50,716 bases of DNA from Alphaproteobacteria bacterium (GCA_046758065.1 JBHHZM010000003.1:1-50716), one strand, 5' to 3'. Positions 1 to 11,999 are shown, counted from the first letter of the stretch. The notes: generated by a model not told the origin, from the letters alone. Made by a program: numbers and translations.

Positions 1-360
1 TCGGGCCACATCATCCTCAGCGACTTCGCCACCACAGGCGACGGTCTGATCGCGGCGTTGCAGTGTTTCGCGGTGCTGGTTGCCGCCGACCGGCCTGCGA
101 GCGAGGCGGCGCGGCTGTTCGATCCCTTGCCGCAGATGCTGCGCAACGTGCGCTACGACGGCGCGCCGCCGCTCGAAGCGGCGGCCGTCAAGGCGGCGAT
201 CGCCGAAGGAGAAGAGCGACTCGCCGACAAGGGCCGCGTGCTGGTGCGCAGTTCGGGAACCGAGCCGGTGGTGCGGGTCATGGCCGAAGGCGAGGACGAG
301 GCGCTGGTGCGCGAGGTGGTCGACGGCATTGCCGACGCCGTGGCGGCAGGCCCGGGGTAG
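1..360 (+). CDS. glmM: Phosphoglucosamine mutase, C-terminal part (5' truncated by window)
   Basis: Frame from base 1 reads [21 protein letters not shown]...[20 protein letters not shown], typical GlmM C-terminal motifs. Confidence 0.95.
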   Translation, partial: SGHIILSDFATTGDGLIAALQCFAVLVAADRPASEAARLFDPLPQMLRNVRYDGAPPLEAAAVKAAIAEGEERLADKGRVLVRSSGTEPVVRVMAEGEDEALVREVVDGIADAVAAGPG

Positions 361-446
361 CCCTGCGCGGCAACGTATCCGACGCCTTCTTGGCGCTTGT
401 CGCGGACGCTTTCGCGGCCTAGTCTGCCGCCCGCGGAGGCGTCCCG

Positions 447-914
447 ATGGAACAACGTTTTTTCGAGGATTTTGTCGCCGGCGAGCGGTTCGTCTCGCCG
501 GGCAAGACCGTGACCGAATCCGAAATCCTCGACTTCGCCTTTCGGTTCGACCCGCAGCCGATTCACCTCGATACGCAGGCCGCGGAACGCTCGCCTTACG
601 GCGGACTGATCGCCAGCGGCTTTCACACCATGGTCGTCGGGTTTCGCATGCTGTGGCAGACCGGGATCTTCAACGCCTGCAGCCTGGGCTCGCCGGGCAT
701 GGACAACCTGCGCTGGCTGAGGCCGGTGCGTCCCGGCGACACCCTGCGCACGGTGGCCGAGGTGATCGAGGTGCGGCCTTCCGAATCGAAGCCCGACCGC
801 GGCGTCTGCCGCGTCAAATACACGGTGACGAACCAGAACGACGAACCGGTTATGACCATGATCGCGGTGCAGATCCTGGCCCGCCGACCCGCCGCGGCGG
901 ACGCCGCGAAATGA
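447..914 (+). CDS. MaoC-family (hot-dog fold) dehydratase
   Basis: FFEDF..GERF, FDPQPIHLD...SPYGGLIASGFHT, LRWLRPVRPGDTL motifs; GGAGG RBS. Confidence 0.9.
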   Translation: MEQRFFEDFVAGERFVSPGKTVTESEILDFAFRFDPQPIHLDTQAAERSPYGGLIASGFHTMVVGFRMLWQTGIFNACSLGSPGMDNLRWLRPVRPGDTLRTVAEVIEVRPSESKPDRGVCRVKYTVTNQNDEPVMTMIAVQILARRPAAADAAK

Positions 915-920
915 AATAAA

Positions 921-1700
921 ATGAAGATCCCGCTTTACCAGATCGACGCCTTCGCCGGCCGGGTGTTCGGCGGCAACCCGGCCGCCGTGTGCCCGCTGGA
1001 AGACTGGCTCGACGACGCGACCATGCAGGCGATCGCGGCCGAGAACAACCTCTCCGAGACGGCCTTCTTCGTCGAACGCGACGCGCATTACGATCTGCGC
1101 TGGTTCACGCCTGCGGCCGAGGTCGACCTGTGCGGCCATGCGACCCTCGCCACCGCGCATCTGCTGTTCAACGAACTCGAGGTCGCGGACGATGTGGTGC
1201 ATTTCGAGACTCGCAGCGGCCGGCTTACCGTACGCCGCGCCGGCGAGGCGCTGGCGATGGATTTCCCGGCGCTGCCGCCGGCGCCGCGCGCGCCTTCCGG
1301 GGCGCTCGCCGACGCGCTCGGGCGCGCCCCTTCGGACCTGCTCGAAAACGCCAATTGGCTCGCCGTGTTCGACGACGAGGCCGCGGTGCGGGCGCTTGCC
1401 CCCGACATTGCCGCTGTTGCGCGGCTCGAATGCCCCGGGGTCATCGTTACCGCGCCGGGCGATAAAGCGGATTTCGTATCGCGCTATTTCGCGCCCAAGT
1501 ACGGCATCCCCGAGGACCCGGTCACCGGCTCGGCACACTGCGTGCTGACGCCTTACTGGACGAAACGCCTGGGCAAGTCGAAGCTCGTCGCCCATCAGGT
1601 CTCGGCCCGCGGCGGCGAGCTTCTCTGCGAGGATCGCGGCGAGCGGGTTGTCGTCGCCGGCCGCGCGATCAAATATCTTGAGGGCATTATCGAGATCTGA
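921..1700 (+). CDS. PhzF-family isomerase/epimerase
   Basis: YQIDAF...[34 protein letters not shown] motifs. Confidence 0.93.
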   Translation: MKIPLYQIDAFAGRVFGGNPAAVCPLEDWLDDATMQAIAAENNLSETAFFVERDAHYDLRWFTPAAEVDLCGHATLATAHLLFNELEVADDVVHFETRSGRLTVRRAGEALAMDFPALPPAPRAPSGALADALGRAPSDLLENANWLAVFDDEAAVRALAPDIAAVARLECPGVIVTAPGDKADFVSRYFAPKYGIPEDPVTGSAHCVLTPYWTKRLGKSKLVAHQVSARGGELLCEDRGERVVVAGRAIKYLEGIIEI

Positions 1701-1816
1701 TCCTGGCCCCGCCGCAGGATGGGTTCCGTCGGAAGACCGTTGCCACGCGGCGCGCCCGTCGTCTCATCTCGCGCCAGCGTCCCGGGAGCGGATCGAGTGC
1801 TGAAAAGAAACCTGTC

Positions 1817-2974
1817 ATGAAACCGGCGGTTCGTCCGCGCAATCCGAACTTTTCTTCCGGTCCCTGCCGCAAGCGGCCGGGCTGGAGCCTCGCCGCCCTG
1901 GACGGCGCGCTTACCGGCCGTTCGCACCGTTCGGCCGCGGGCAAGGCACGCCTCGCCGAGGTGATCGCACGCAGCCGCGCCGTTCTCGGCGTGCCCGACG
2001 ACTACCGCATCGGCATCGTGCCCGCCTCCGACACCGGCGCGGTCGAGCTGGCGCTGTGGTCGCTGCTGGGCGCGCGCGGCGTCGATCTGCTCGCCTGGGA
2101 AAGTTTCGGGCGCGGCTGGGTCGCCGACGCCACGCAGCATCTCGGACTCGACGACATCCGCGTGCTCGAGGCCGGGTACGGCGCGTTGCCCGATCTCGCT
2201 GCGGTCGACTTCGACCGCGACGTGGTGTTCGTGTGGAACGGCACCACCTCGGGCGTGCGGGTGCCCGACGGCGCGTGGATCGCCGAGGTCCGCGCCGGCC
2301 TCACCATCTGCGATGCGACCTCGGCGGCCTTCGCCATGGAGCTTCCGTGGGAGCGCCTCGACGTCGTCACCTGGTCGTGGCAGAAGGTGCTGGGCGGCGA
2401 GGCGGCGCATGGCATGCTCGTGCTTTCACCCCGTGCGGTCGAACGTCTCGAAAACTTCACGCCGCCCCGACCGTTGCCCAAGATTTTCCGTCTCGTCAAG
2501 GGCGGCCGGATCGACGAGGCGATCTTCCGCGGCGGCACCATCAACACCCCGTCGATGCTCTGCGTCGAGGACGCCATCGACGGCCTGCGCTGGGCCGAGG
2601 AGATCGGTGGGCTCGCGGCGTTGATCACGCGCTCGGAAGCAAACCTCGCGGCGGTCGCGCGCTGGGTCGCGACAAGCGACTGGGCCGCTTTTCTCGCCGC
2701 CGCGCCGGAGACCCGTTCGTGCACGTCGATCTGCCTGAGAATCATCGACCCCGGGTTCGCGCGTCGCGCGCCCGAGGCCCGGGCCGATACGGTCAAGCGG
2801 CTCGTCGCGTTGCTCGACGAGGAGGGCGTGGCCCACGACATCGGCGCCTACCGCGAGGCGCCGCCGGGGCTGCGCATCTGGGGCGGCGGCACCGTCGAGA
2901 CCGCCGACGTCGAGGCGCTACTCCCGTGGCTCGACTGGGCCTATGCCGAGGCCGGACGCGATATGCAGGCGTAA
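1817..2974 (+). CDS. serC: Phosphoserine aminotransferase (alphaproteobacterial type)
   Basis: [33 protein letters not shown] (PLP lysine); upstream of serA. Confidence 0.95.
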   Translation: MKPAVRPRNPNFSSGPCRKRPGWSLAALDGALTGRSHRSAAGKARLAEVIARSRAVLGVPDDYRIGIVPASDTGAVELALWSLLGARGVDLLAWESFGRGWVADATQHLGLDDIRVLEAGYGALPDLAAVDFDRDVVFVWNGTTSGVRVPDGAWIAEVRAGLTICDATSAAFAMELPWERLDVVTWSWQKVLGGEAAHGMLVLSPRAVERLENFTPPRPLPKIFRLVKGGRIDEAIFRGGTINTPSMLCVEDAIDGLRWAEEIGGLAALITRSEANLAAVARWVATSDWAAFLAAAPETRSCTSICLRIIDPGFARRAPEARADTVKRLVALLDEEGVAHDIGAYREAPPGLRIWGGGTVETADVEALLPWLDWAYAEAGRDMQA

Positions 2975-2989
2975 TCGAGGACGGAATCC

Positions 2990-4567
2990 ATGCCGAAAGT
3001 ACTGATATCCGACAAGCTCAGCCCCTCAGCGGTCGAGATCTTCCGCGCTAACGGCGTCGAGGCCGAGGTTGCCACCGGACTCGCACCGGCCGAGCTGAAA
3101 TTGCGCCTCGCCGACTGCGACGGCCTCGCCGTCCGTTCGGCGACCAAGGTAACGGCCGAGCTGCTCGACGCCGCTCCGAACCTCAAGGTGGTGGGCCGTG
3201 CCGGCGTCGGGGTCGACAACATCGACATCGCGGCGGCGACGGCGCGCGGCGTCGTGGTCATGAACACGCCGTTCGGCAATTCGATCACCACCGCCGAGCA
3301 TACCGTCGCCATGATGCTGACGCTGGCGCGCCAGATTCCCGCCGCCGATCGCTCGACGCGCGGCGGCGCCTGGGAAAAGTCGCGCTTTGTCGGAACCGAA
3401 GTGTCGGGCAAGGTGCTCGGCCTCATCGGCTGCGGCAACGTCGGCTCGATTGTCGCCAGCCGGGCCCAAGGGCTCAAGATGCGGGTCATCGTCTACGATC
3501 CCTTCGTCTCTCCCGAGCGCGCCGCCGAGCTCGCGGTCGAGAAGGTCACACTCGACGAGTTGCTCGCCCGCGCCGATTTCATCTCGCTGCATGTGCCGCT
3601 CACCGACCAGACCCGCAACATGATCGACGCCGCCGCCCTCGCCGGTATGAAGCACGGTGCGCGGCTCATCAACTGCGCCCGTGGCGGCCTGGTCGTCGAA
3701 GCCGATCTCAAGGCGGCGATCGAGAGCGGCCATATCGCCGGTGCGGCGCTCGACGTTTTCGCCGCCGAGCCGCCCGAGGACAACCCGCTCTTCCACGTGG
3801 ACCAGGTCGTCGTCACGCCGCATCTCGGCGCCTCGACGGCCGAGGCGCAGGAGAACGTGGCGCGCCAGGTCGCCGAGCAGATGTCCGACTTCCTCACGGT
3901 CGGCGCGGTGGCGAACGCGATCAACATGCCGTCCGTCAGCGCTGAGGAAGCGCCCAAGCTCAAGCCCTACATGAAGCTTGCCGAGCAGCTCGGCAGCTTC
4001 GCCGGTCAACTCACGCGCACCGGCCTCAAGGCGGTGACGGTCGAGTACGAAGGTCACGTCTCCACGGTCAATACCCAGGCGCTCACCGCCATCGTGCTGC
4101 AGGGTCTGCTCTCGCCCCTGATGGACTCGGTCAACATGGTCAATGCGCCGCTCGTCGCCGAGCAGCGCAACATCGCGGTAAGCGAGATCAAGCACGCGCG
4201 CGCCGGCGACTATCAGACGCTGATCTGCCTTACGGTCACCACCGAAAAACGCAGCCGCAGCGTCGCGGGCACGCTGTTCACCGACAGCCGGCCGCGTATC
4301 GTCCAGATCAAGGGCATCAACATCGAGGCCGAACTCGGAGCCCATATGCTCTACATCACCAACGAGGACAGACCGGGCATCATCGGCCATCTCGGCATGG
4401 TGCTTGCCGAGGCGGGCATCAATATCGCCACTTTCCACCTCGGTCGCGCCGGGCCGCAGGGCGACGCGCTGGCGCTGATCGCGGTCGACGAGCCGCTCGG
4501 TGATGCGGTCCTCGAAAAGGTGCGGGCCATCGACGGCGTGCACCAGGCCGCCGCGCTCAGCTTCTGA
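2990..4567 (+). CDS. serA: D-3-phosphoglycerate dehydrogenase
   Basis: GRAGVGVDNID, LIGCGNVG, INCARGG, TPHLGAST motifs and C-terminal ACT domain. Confidence 0.97.
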   Translation: MPKVLISDKLSPSAVEIFRANGVEAEVATGLAPAELKLRLADCDGLAVRSATKVTAELLDAAPNLKVVGRAGVGVDNIDIAAATARGVVVMNTPFGNSITTAEHTVAMMLTLARQIPAADRSTRGGAWEKSRFVGTEVSGKVLGLIGCGNVGSIVASRAQGLKMRVIVYDPFVSPERAAELAVEKVTLDELLARADFISLHVPLTDQTRNMIDAAALAGMKHGARLINCARGGLVVEADLKAAIESGHIAGAALDVFAAEPPEDNPLFHVDQVVVTPHLGASTAEAQENVARQVAEQMSDFLTVGAVANAINMPSVSAEEAPKLKPYMKLAEQLGSFAGQLTRTGLKAVTVEYEGHVSTVNTQALTAIVLQGLLSPLMDSVNMVNAPLVAEQRNIAVSEIKHARAGDYQTLICLTVTTEKRSRSVAGTLFTDSRPRIVQIKGINIEAELGAHMLYITNEDRPGIIGHLGMVLAEAGINIATFHLGRAGPQGDALALIAVDEPLGDAVLEKVRAIDGVHQAAALSF

Positions 4568-4619
4568 GGCGTCGGCGGTCGCTTGTCCCCGCTTCGAATG
4601 GTGTAAACTCGCGGACGCC

Positions 4620-5774
4620 ATGAACGATCCCGTTTCACACGCGCTCCTGCCGGCGGGTCTCCGCGACGTGCTGCCGCCCGACGCCGAGTTCGAGGCGGGG
4701 GTTGCCGGGGGGCTGCTCGCTCACTTCGCCGGCTATGGTTACGAGCGGGTCAAGCCGCCGCTCGTCGAGTTCGAGGACAGCCTGCTCGCCGGCGCCGGCG
4801 CGGCGATGGCGGGGGCGACCTTCCGCCTGATGGATCCGGCGTCGCAGCGCATGATGGGATTGCGCGCCGACATCACGCCCCAGATCGCCCGTCTTGCCGC
4901 CACCCGGCTCGCCGGCGCGCCGCGTCCCTTGCGGCTGAGTTACGCGGGCGAGGTTCTGTGCCTCGCCGGCGGCCAGCTCAGGCCCGAACGCGAGTTTCTC
5001 CAGGTCGGCGCCGAGCTGATCGGCAGCGAGTCGGCGGCGGGCGATGCCGAACTCATCGTGCTCGCCGCCGAAGCGCTTGCCGCGGCGGGCGTCGCGCAAC
5101 TATCGGCCGACCTCACCGAGCCGACGCTCGTCACCGCCGTTTGCGAGGGGCTCGAACTCGACGACGGCGCCGTGGTTCGTATTCGCGCCGCGCTCGACCG
5201 CAAGGACGCCTCGGCGGTGACCGCGATCGGCGGGCGTGGCGCCACACTTCTCGGAGCCCTGCTGCGCGCCGCCGGTCCGCACGAACGCGCCCTCGAGGCG
5301 CTCGCCGGCCTCGACCTGCCGCCGCGCGCCGCCCTGGTGCGCGACCGTCTGGGCGAGGTCGCCGGGTTGGTCGCCCGGGCGGCGCCCGATCTCGGCCTGA
5401 CCATCGATCCGGTCGAGCACCGGGGGTTCGAGTACCAGACCGGCGTAAGCTTCACGCTGTTCGGCCGCGGGGTGCGCGGCGAACTCGGCCGGGGCGGTCG
5501 CTACCGGGTCGGTGAAACGGAGCCCGCGGCGGGCTTCACGCTCTATATGGATACGGTATTGCGCGCCCTGCCGCGGCCGTCGCGGGGGCGGCGGGTATTC
5601 CTGCCGCGCTCGGTCGACCGTGACGAGGCGGCGCGACTGAGAGACGAGGGCTGGATCGCCGTCGCCGGATTCGAGGAAACGGCGGATCCGGCCGACGAGG
5701 CGCGCCGGCTCGGGTGCAGTCACTTTTACCTCGAGGGCAAGATCGTCGCCCTCGACGGTCGACGGGGAGAATAG
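4620..5774 (+). CDS. hisZ: ATP phosphoribosyltransferase regulatory subunit
   Basis: LLPAGLRDVLP, LRADITPQIAR, REFLQVGAELIG, GRGGRY; start placed at ATG 4620 (MNDPVSH); precedes purA. Confidence 0.9.
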   Translation: MNDPVSHALLPAGLRDVLPPDAEFEAGVAGGLLAHFAGYGYERVKPPLVEFEDSLLAGAGAAMAGATFRLMDPASQRMMGLRADITPQIARLAATRLAGAPRPLRLSYAGEVLCLAGGQLRPEREFLQVGAELIGSESAAGDAELIVLAAEALAAAGVAQLSADLTEPTLVTAVCEGLELDDGAVVRIRAALDRKDASAVTAIGGRGATLLGALLRAAGPHERALEALAGLDLPPRAALVRDRLGEVAGLVARAAPDLGLTIDPVEHRGFEYQTGVSFTLFGRGVRGELGRGGRYRVGETEPAAGFTLYMDTVLRALPRPSRGRRVFLPRSVDRDEAARLRDEGWIAVAGFEETADPADEARRLGCSHFYLEGKIVALDGRRGE

Positions 5775-5777
5775 GCC

Positions 5778-7070
<1,293 letters not shown>

Positions 7071-7116
7071 CAGGCAGGCAAGGGGCGGAGTCCCGGACGC
7101 CGCCGGGGGTATGGGG

Positions 7117-7998
7117 TCAAGCGCCCGGACGCATCTGTGCGGCGGCGTTGCGTACCGCTTTCTGCACTTTCTCGAAGGCCCTCGCCTCAATCTGGCGCAC
7201 CCGCTCGCGCGAAATGCCGTATACCCTGCTCAGCGCTTCGAGGGTCAGCGGGTCGTCCTTGAGACGGCGTTCGCTGAAAATGTGGCGTTCGCGGTCGTTG
7301 AGATTGCCCATCGCGGCGTTCAACAGGCCGCGGCGCTGGTCGAGCTCTTCGCTCTCGGCGAAAACCGTCTCCTGGTTCTCGGTGTGGTTGACGAGCCAGT
7401 CCTGCCACTCGCTGCCGTCGGCGCCGTCGACCGGCGCGTTGAGCGAGTGATCGGGTCCGGCGAGCCGGCGGTTCATGCTGACGACATCGACCTCGGGAAC
7501 GGCAAGGCGCTTGGCGATCTCGCTCACCGTATCGGGCGCCAGGTCGCCGTCTTCCAACACCTGGAGACCCGCCTTGGCCTTGCGCAGGTTGAAAAAAAGC
7601 TTCTTCTGCGCCGCCGTGGTGCCCATCTTGACCAACGACCAGGAGTGCAGGATGTACTCCTGGATCGAAGCCCGGATCCACCAGATCGCGTAGGTCGCAA
7701 GACGAAAGCCGCGGTCGGGGTCGAAGCGCTTGACCGCCTGCATCATGCCGACATTGCCTTCGGAGACCAGCTCGCCGATGGGGAGGCCGTATCCGCGGAA
7801 CCCAATGGCGATCTTGGCCACGAGACGCAAGTGACTGGTCACCAGCCGGTGTGCGGCGGCGGAATCGCCATGCTCGCGCCAGCGCTTGGCGAGCATGAAC
7901 TCCTCGCTGGGCGCAAGCATGGGAAACTTGCGAATTTCCTTGAGATACTGGGATAATCCACCCTCGGACGCGATGGACGGATATCTCAATCCCGCCAT
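7117..7998 (-). CDS. rpoH: RNA polymerase sigma-32 factor
   Basis: LVTSHLRLVAKIA, RLATYAIWWI, RpoH box TTAAQKKLFFNLRK; ATG 7998 follows GAGAGG (alternative start 8016). Confidence 0.95.
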   Translation of the reverse strand: MAGLRYPSIASEGGLSQYLKEIRKFPMLAPSEEFMLAKRWREHGDSAAAHRLVTSHLRLVAKIAIGFRGYGLPIGELVSEGNVGMMQAVKRFDPDRGFRLATYAIWWIRASIQEYILHSWSLVKMGTTAAQKKLFFNLRKAKAGLQVLEDGDLAPDTVSEIAKRLAVPEVDVVSMNRRLAGPDHSLNAPVDGADGSEWQDWLVNHTENQETVFAESEELDQRRGLLNAAMGNLNDRERHIFSERRLKDDPLTLEALSRVYGISRERVRQIEARAFEKVQKAVRNAAAQMRPGA

Positions 7999-8071
7999 AT
8001 ACCTTTGACCTCTCATTGAAAACAGGGAATGGGCCTTCTCGCCCGTGTAGATTCATCCGGGCAAACGGTTA

Positions 8072-8099
8072 ATATAAGGTTTACAAGTAGTAAGTCAAG
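8072..8099 (-). promoter_or_regulatory. Putative sigma32/sigma70-type promoter of rpoH
   Basis: Minus strand CTTGAC-N15-CTTATAT, close to the alphaproteobacterial RpoH consensus, in an AT-rich intergenic stretch. Confidence 0.55.
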
Positions 8100-8124
8100 A
8101 AAACCCCTGATTCGACTCAACTAT

Positions 8125-9114
8125 TCAGGAATGCGTCTCCCCGTCTCTCAGGGCGGCGATCAAGTCTTTCATATCGCAGGGTAAATCTCGTTCGAAGCGG
8201 AGGGCATCACCGCTCCGCGGGTGGCGCAGCTCGAGCCGCCAGGCGTGCAGCGCCTGACGGCGGAAACCGGCGAGCGCGGCGCGCGCCGTCGGGTCGAGCC
8301 CCGCCGCGTGCCGGCGCCGCGCCCGCCCGTAAAGCGGATCGCCGATCACCGGATGACCCCGGTCTGCGAGATGGACGCGTATCTGGTGGGTGCGGCCGGT
8401 GCCGAGCCGGCACTCGACCAGACTGGCGACGCCGCCCAGCACTTCGCGCATACGGTATGCGGTCATCGCAGGCTTCCCCCCGCGGGCGAGCACTGCCATC
8501 TTCTTGCGATTGGCCGGATTGCGGCCGATGTTGCCGCGGATCTCGCCGGCGGTCGGGCTGGGCACGCCCCAGACCACGGCCTTGTAGGTACGGCTGAGCC
8601 GGCGCTCGGCGAACTGGGCGGCAAGACCCGCGTGGGCGGCATCGTTCTTGGCGACGACGATCAGCCCGCTGGTGTCCTTGTCGAGTCGATGAACGATACC
8701 CGGCCGCATCACGCCGCCGATGCCCGAGAGGCCCGCGCCGCAATGGGCGATCAACGCGTTGACCAGGGTCGAATCGGGATTGCCGGGGGCGGGATGGACA
8801 ACGAGCCCAGCGGGCTTGTCGACCACGATCAGGTCGGCGTCCTCGTAGACCACGGCGAGCGGAATCGCCTGGCCGCGCGGCGTCGCTGGCGTCGCTGCCG
8901 GCACCGCAAGTTCGTAGTCCTGGCCGGGTTTGACCCGGTACGACGGCTCGGCTATCGTCTCGCCTCCCGCGGCGACTCGCCCGGCCTTGATGAGCGCCTG
9001 GAGCCGGGCGCGCGAGTAGTCCGGCAGGGCGCCGGCGAGGAACTTGTCGAGCCGTTTGCCGGCGTCAGCCGGTCCGGCGCATATCCTGTAATGGCTTCCG
9101 CCCTTCGACGCCAT
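8125..9114 (-). CDS. rluD: RluA-family 23S rRNA pseudouridine synthase (RluD-like)
   Basis: S4 domain RLDKFLA..SRARLQALI, VDKPAGLVVHP, GIVHRLDKDTSG, GRTHQIRVH; start at ATG 9114 rather than ORF-track 9453. Confidence 0.93.
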   Translation of the reverse strand: MASKGGSHYRICAGPADAGKRLDKFLAGALPDYSRARLQALIKAGRVAAGGETIAEPSYRVKPGQDYELAVPAATPATPRGQAIPLAVVYEDADLIVVDKPAGLVVHPAPGNPDSTLVNALIAHCGAGLSGIGGVMRPGIVHRLDKDTSGLIVVAKNDAAHAGLAAQFAERRLSRTYKAVVWGVPSPTAGEIRGNIGRNPANRKKMAVLARGGKPAMTAYRMREVLGGVASLVECRLGTGRTHQIRVHLADRGHPVIGDPLYGRARRRHAAGLDPTARAALAGFRRQALHAWRLELRHPRSGDALRFERDLPCDMKDLIAALRDGETHS

Positions 9115-9433
9115 GGCTTCAGACTGGACCCAAACCACGCGCACGCTCAAGGCCGTTGTCATCGTCATGGGCGCGCTCATCGTGCTCGGCGCCGCGGTGG
9201 TCGCGGTCGAACTGTTCCGCCGGGCGGGTGACCAGCTCACGATGGACCGGGCGGACGAATTCGCGACCACGACTGTAGCGCTTCCGCCGGGCGATCGTGT
9301 CGTCGGCATGGCGGGTGGCGGCGACGCGCTGTCGCTGCTGGTCGAGGGCGCCGACGGCGGCCGGCGCATCGTCACCGTCGACCGTCGTAGCGGCGCGATC
9401 CTGGGCGAACTGACGCTGACATCCGGAATGTAA
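9113..9433 (+). CDS. Hypothetical single-pass membrane protein
   Basis: TLKAVVIVMGALIVLGAAVVAV TM segment plus small beta-rich domain; divergent from rluD. Confidence 0.7.
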   Translation: MASDWTQTTRTLKAVVIVMGALIVLGAAVVAVELFRRAGDQLTMDRADEFATTTVALPPGDRVVGMAGGGDALSLLVEGADGGRRIVTVDRRSGAILGELTLTSGM

Positions 9434-9482
9434 CGACCGAGGCGGGCGATCACCCGGACCGGCGGGGAGGAAGCGAGAGGCG

Positions 9483-10547
9483 ATGAATTTCTGCAGCGAC
9501 AACACCACCGGCGTGGCGCCCGAGATCATGGAGGCACTCGCGCGGGCCAACCGTGGTCAGGACGATTCCTACGGCGAGGACGCGACAACCGGCCGGCTCG
9601 TCGCACGCCTTTCCGAGCTGTTCGAGACCGACGTCGCGGTCTTCCCGGTGGGGACCGGGACGGCGGCGAACGCGCTTGCGCTCTCGGTCATGACGCCGCC
9701 GTTCGGCGCCGTCTACTGCCACCGCGAGGCCCATATCGCGGTCGATGAGTGCGGCGCGCCCGAGTTCTATACCGGCGGCGCCAAGCTGGTCCCGCTCGAC
9801 GGCCGCGACGGCAAGCTCGAAGCCGATGCGCTGAACGAGGCCGTCGCCGGTGCCGGCGTCGGCGACGTCCACAAGGCGCAGCCGGCGGTGCTGAGCCTGA
9901 CCCAGGCGAGCGAGTGCGGCACGGTCTATTCGCTCGACGAGCTCGCGGCGCTGGCCGAGGTCGCCCGCCGCCACGGTCTCGGACTGCACATGGACGGCGC
10001 CCGGCTGGCCAACGCGCTGGCGACGCTCGGCTGCACGCCCGCCGAGGCGACCTGGCGCGCGGGCGTCCGCGTGCTGTCCTTCGGCGCGACCAAGAACGGC
10101 GCCATGGCGGCCGAGGCGATCGTGGTTTTCGATCGCGGACTCGCCGCCGAACTTGCCTACCGGCACAAGCGCGGCGGCCACCTGTTTTCCAAGATGCGCT
10201 TTCTTTCGGCGCAGCTCGAGGCTTATGTCGACGACGGCCTGTGGCTCGCCAACGCGGCGCACGCCAACCGCCTCGCGGCGATATTCGCCGAGGGTCTTCC
10301 GGCGATTCCGGGCGCGGCGCTCCTCTTTCCGGTACAGGCCAACGAAGTGTTCGTACGGCTGCCCGAGCCGGTCATCGACGGCCTTCTGGCCGACGGCTTC
10401 GCCTTCCACCGCTGGCCCGACGACCGGTCCTCGGCCGTTCGTCTGGTGACCGCGTTCAACACCAGGGAAGAGGACGTCCGGGCCTTTCTCGAAACGGCGG
10501 ACCGCTACGCCCGCGAGACGGCTCAGAAAACCGTCGGCGCACAGTAA
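9483..10547 (+). CDS. ltaE: Low-specificity L-threonine aldolase
   Basis: NFCSDN, GTAANALAL, HIAVDECGAPEF, LHMDGARLANA, SFGATKNG. Confidence 0.92.
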   Translation: MNFCSDNTTGVAPEIMEALARANRGQDDSYGEDATTGRLVARLSELFETDVAVFPVGTGTAANALALSVMTPPFGAVYCHREAHIAVDECGAPEFYTGGAKLVPLDGRDGKLEADALNEAVAGAGVGDVHKAQPAVLSLTQASECGTVYSLDELAALAEVARRHGLGLHMDGARLANALATLGCTPAEATWRAGVRVLSFGATKNGAMAAEAIVVFDRGLAAELAYRHKRGGHLFSKMRFLSAQLEAYVDDGLWLANAAHANRLAAIFAEGLPAIPGAALLFPVQANEVFVRLPEPVIDGLLADGFAFHRWPDDRSSAVRLVTAFNTREEDVRAFLETADRYARETAQKTVGAQ

Positions 10548-11917
10548 AGGCTGCGGCGCTTCAGCTCGCTGCACAGCGCCTGGGCGCTTGCTTGGTCTCG
10601 GACCGGCCCGAGGTGGAGCTGGTAGAACACCCCCTTTTCGCGGCCGAGATCGACGCGGGCGATGCGTGGGCCGAGCCCGGCGAGCACGTCGCCGTAAGCG
10701 GCGTGCAGCTCGTCCCAGGCGCGTCGCGCGCGCTCGGGCGTGCGGAACGAGGACACGTGTACGCCGACCGGTTTTTCGCCGCCAGTGGCGGAGTCGCCGG
10801 CGGTTGGCGCCGGCAGTGCCTTTTCCGCGGGCGGCGCGGCAGCGGGTTGCGTGGTTGTGATCCGGCGACGGATATGCGGCGTCGCTCCTGCCCGGGTGAC
10901 GGACGGCGCCGGCGGCGGTTCCGCGGTTGCGGCCGGCGGCGCCGCAGGCTCCGCGGCGGCCTCGGCCGTTGTCCCGGCCCCGTCTTCGGTCGCGCCGGCC
11001 TGCGTCTCCGCAACCGTCCTGGTGCGCGCCAGACGTTCGGCGCGCTCGCGTTGACGCTCCGTATCGGTGATGAAGTTCGCGGCGCGCAGGCGATCGAGCC
11101 GGGCGAGCGCCGGCTGCGGGTCGGGCGAGACCGCGGGCGCGGAGGGCGTGTGGAGGGCGTCGCCGGGCCGCAGCGGCAGCAGCCCATCGAGGATGGCGGT
11201 GCGCTCGAGCGCGTACTCGGCCGGCGTCAGCGCGCCGGCGTCGCGAAACTGCGCGATCGCCCCGAGCCGCTTGACCAGATGATCGACGCGCGGCGCCGGC
11301 AGGCCGACGAGCGGAGAGGCGGGCGGTCCCGTCAGCGGCAGCAGCGCGCCCAGGTTCGCTTGGCGCCGGGCCTCGTATTCGGCCGGCGTGATCAGTCCCG
11401 CCTCGCGCAGTTGGGCGAGCGCGGCGAAACGTTCGAGCGTGGCGCGTTCGACATCTTCGGGCCCGGGCGGCGGCGGCGGTTTCTCGGCCAGCGCCGTCTC
11501 GAGCCCTGCGAGGTTGTTGTGCGCGATCTCCACCAGACCGAGGCCGATGTGGTTCTCGCGCGTCGCCGTGATCGCGGTCGCCGCCGGGTTCAGCGCGATC
11601 ACCTTGCGGTAGAGCGCCTGCGCCTCCGCCGCCCGTCCGGTCGACTGGTAGACCACGCCGAGGTTGAGCAGGGCGTAGGGATTGTGCGGGTTGATCGCCA
11701 GCGCCGAGTTGAGATGGGTCTCGGCCAGGGTCAGATTGCCGGCGGCGATCGCCGCGTAGCCGAGATCGGCGAGCCGCTGGTCGTTGGGAACCTCGGGTTC
11801 GGAGGCGGTGATCGCCTCGGTAGCGATGCGATACTGCCGCGCCGCTTCGGGCAGCAGGCTGGCGCAGCCCGCCAGACTCCAGGCGGCGACCAGCACGACG
11901 AGGGTCAAGCGCGTCAC
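10523..11917 (-). CDS. SPOR-domain lipoprotein with TPR and SHOCT-like repeats
   Basis: GTG start, lipobox LAGC, TPR (NPYALLNLGVVY), repeated GLITPAEY/GALTPAEY, C-terminal SPOR (VHVSSFRT..ARRAW...LC..LK...C). Confidence 0.85.
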   Translation of the reverse strand: MTRLTLVVLVAAWSLAGCASLLPEAARQYRIATEAITASEPEVPNDQRLADLGYAAIAAGNLTLAETHLNSALAINPHNPYALLNLGVVYQSTGRAAEAQALYRKVIALNPAATAITATRENHIGLGLVEIAHNNLAGLETALAEKPPPPPGPEDVERATLERFAALAQLREAGLITPAEYEARRQANLGALLPLTGPPASPLVGLPAPRVDHLVKRLGAIAQFRDAGALTPAEYALERTAILDGLLPLRPGDALHTPSAPAVSPDPQPALARLDRLRAANFITDTERQRERAERLARTRTVAETQAGATEDGAGTTAEAAAEPAAPPAATAEPPPAPSVTRAGATPHIRRRITTTQPAAAPPAEKALPAPTAGDSATGGEKPVGVHVSSFRTPERARRAWDELHAAYGDVLAGLGPRIARVDLGREKGVFYQLHLGPVRDQASAQALCSELKRRSLYCAPTVF

Positions 11918-11999
11918 CCTGCCCCTACCTTTCCGCTTGTCCGGGGGCGCCCGACCGCCGCGCGCCCCTTGCAACCCGGCATGATTCCGCCAGCCCGCG

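Noticed and set aside
1700-1816. Possible serC leader RNA upstream of serC
   Set aside because: Position fits, but I could not match the motif by eye; needs an Rfam scan
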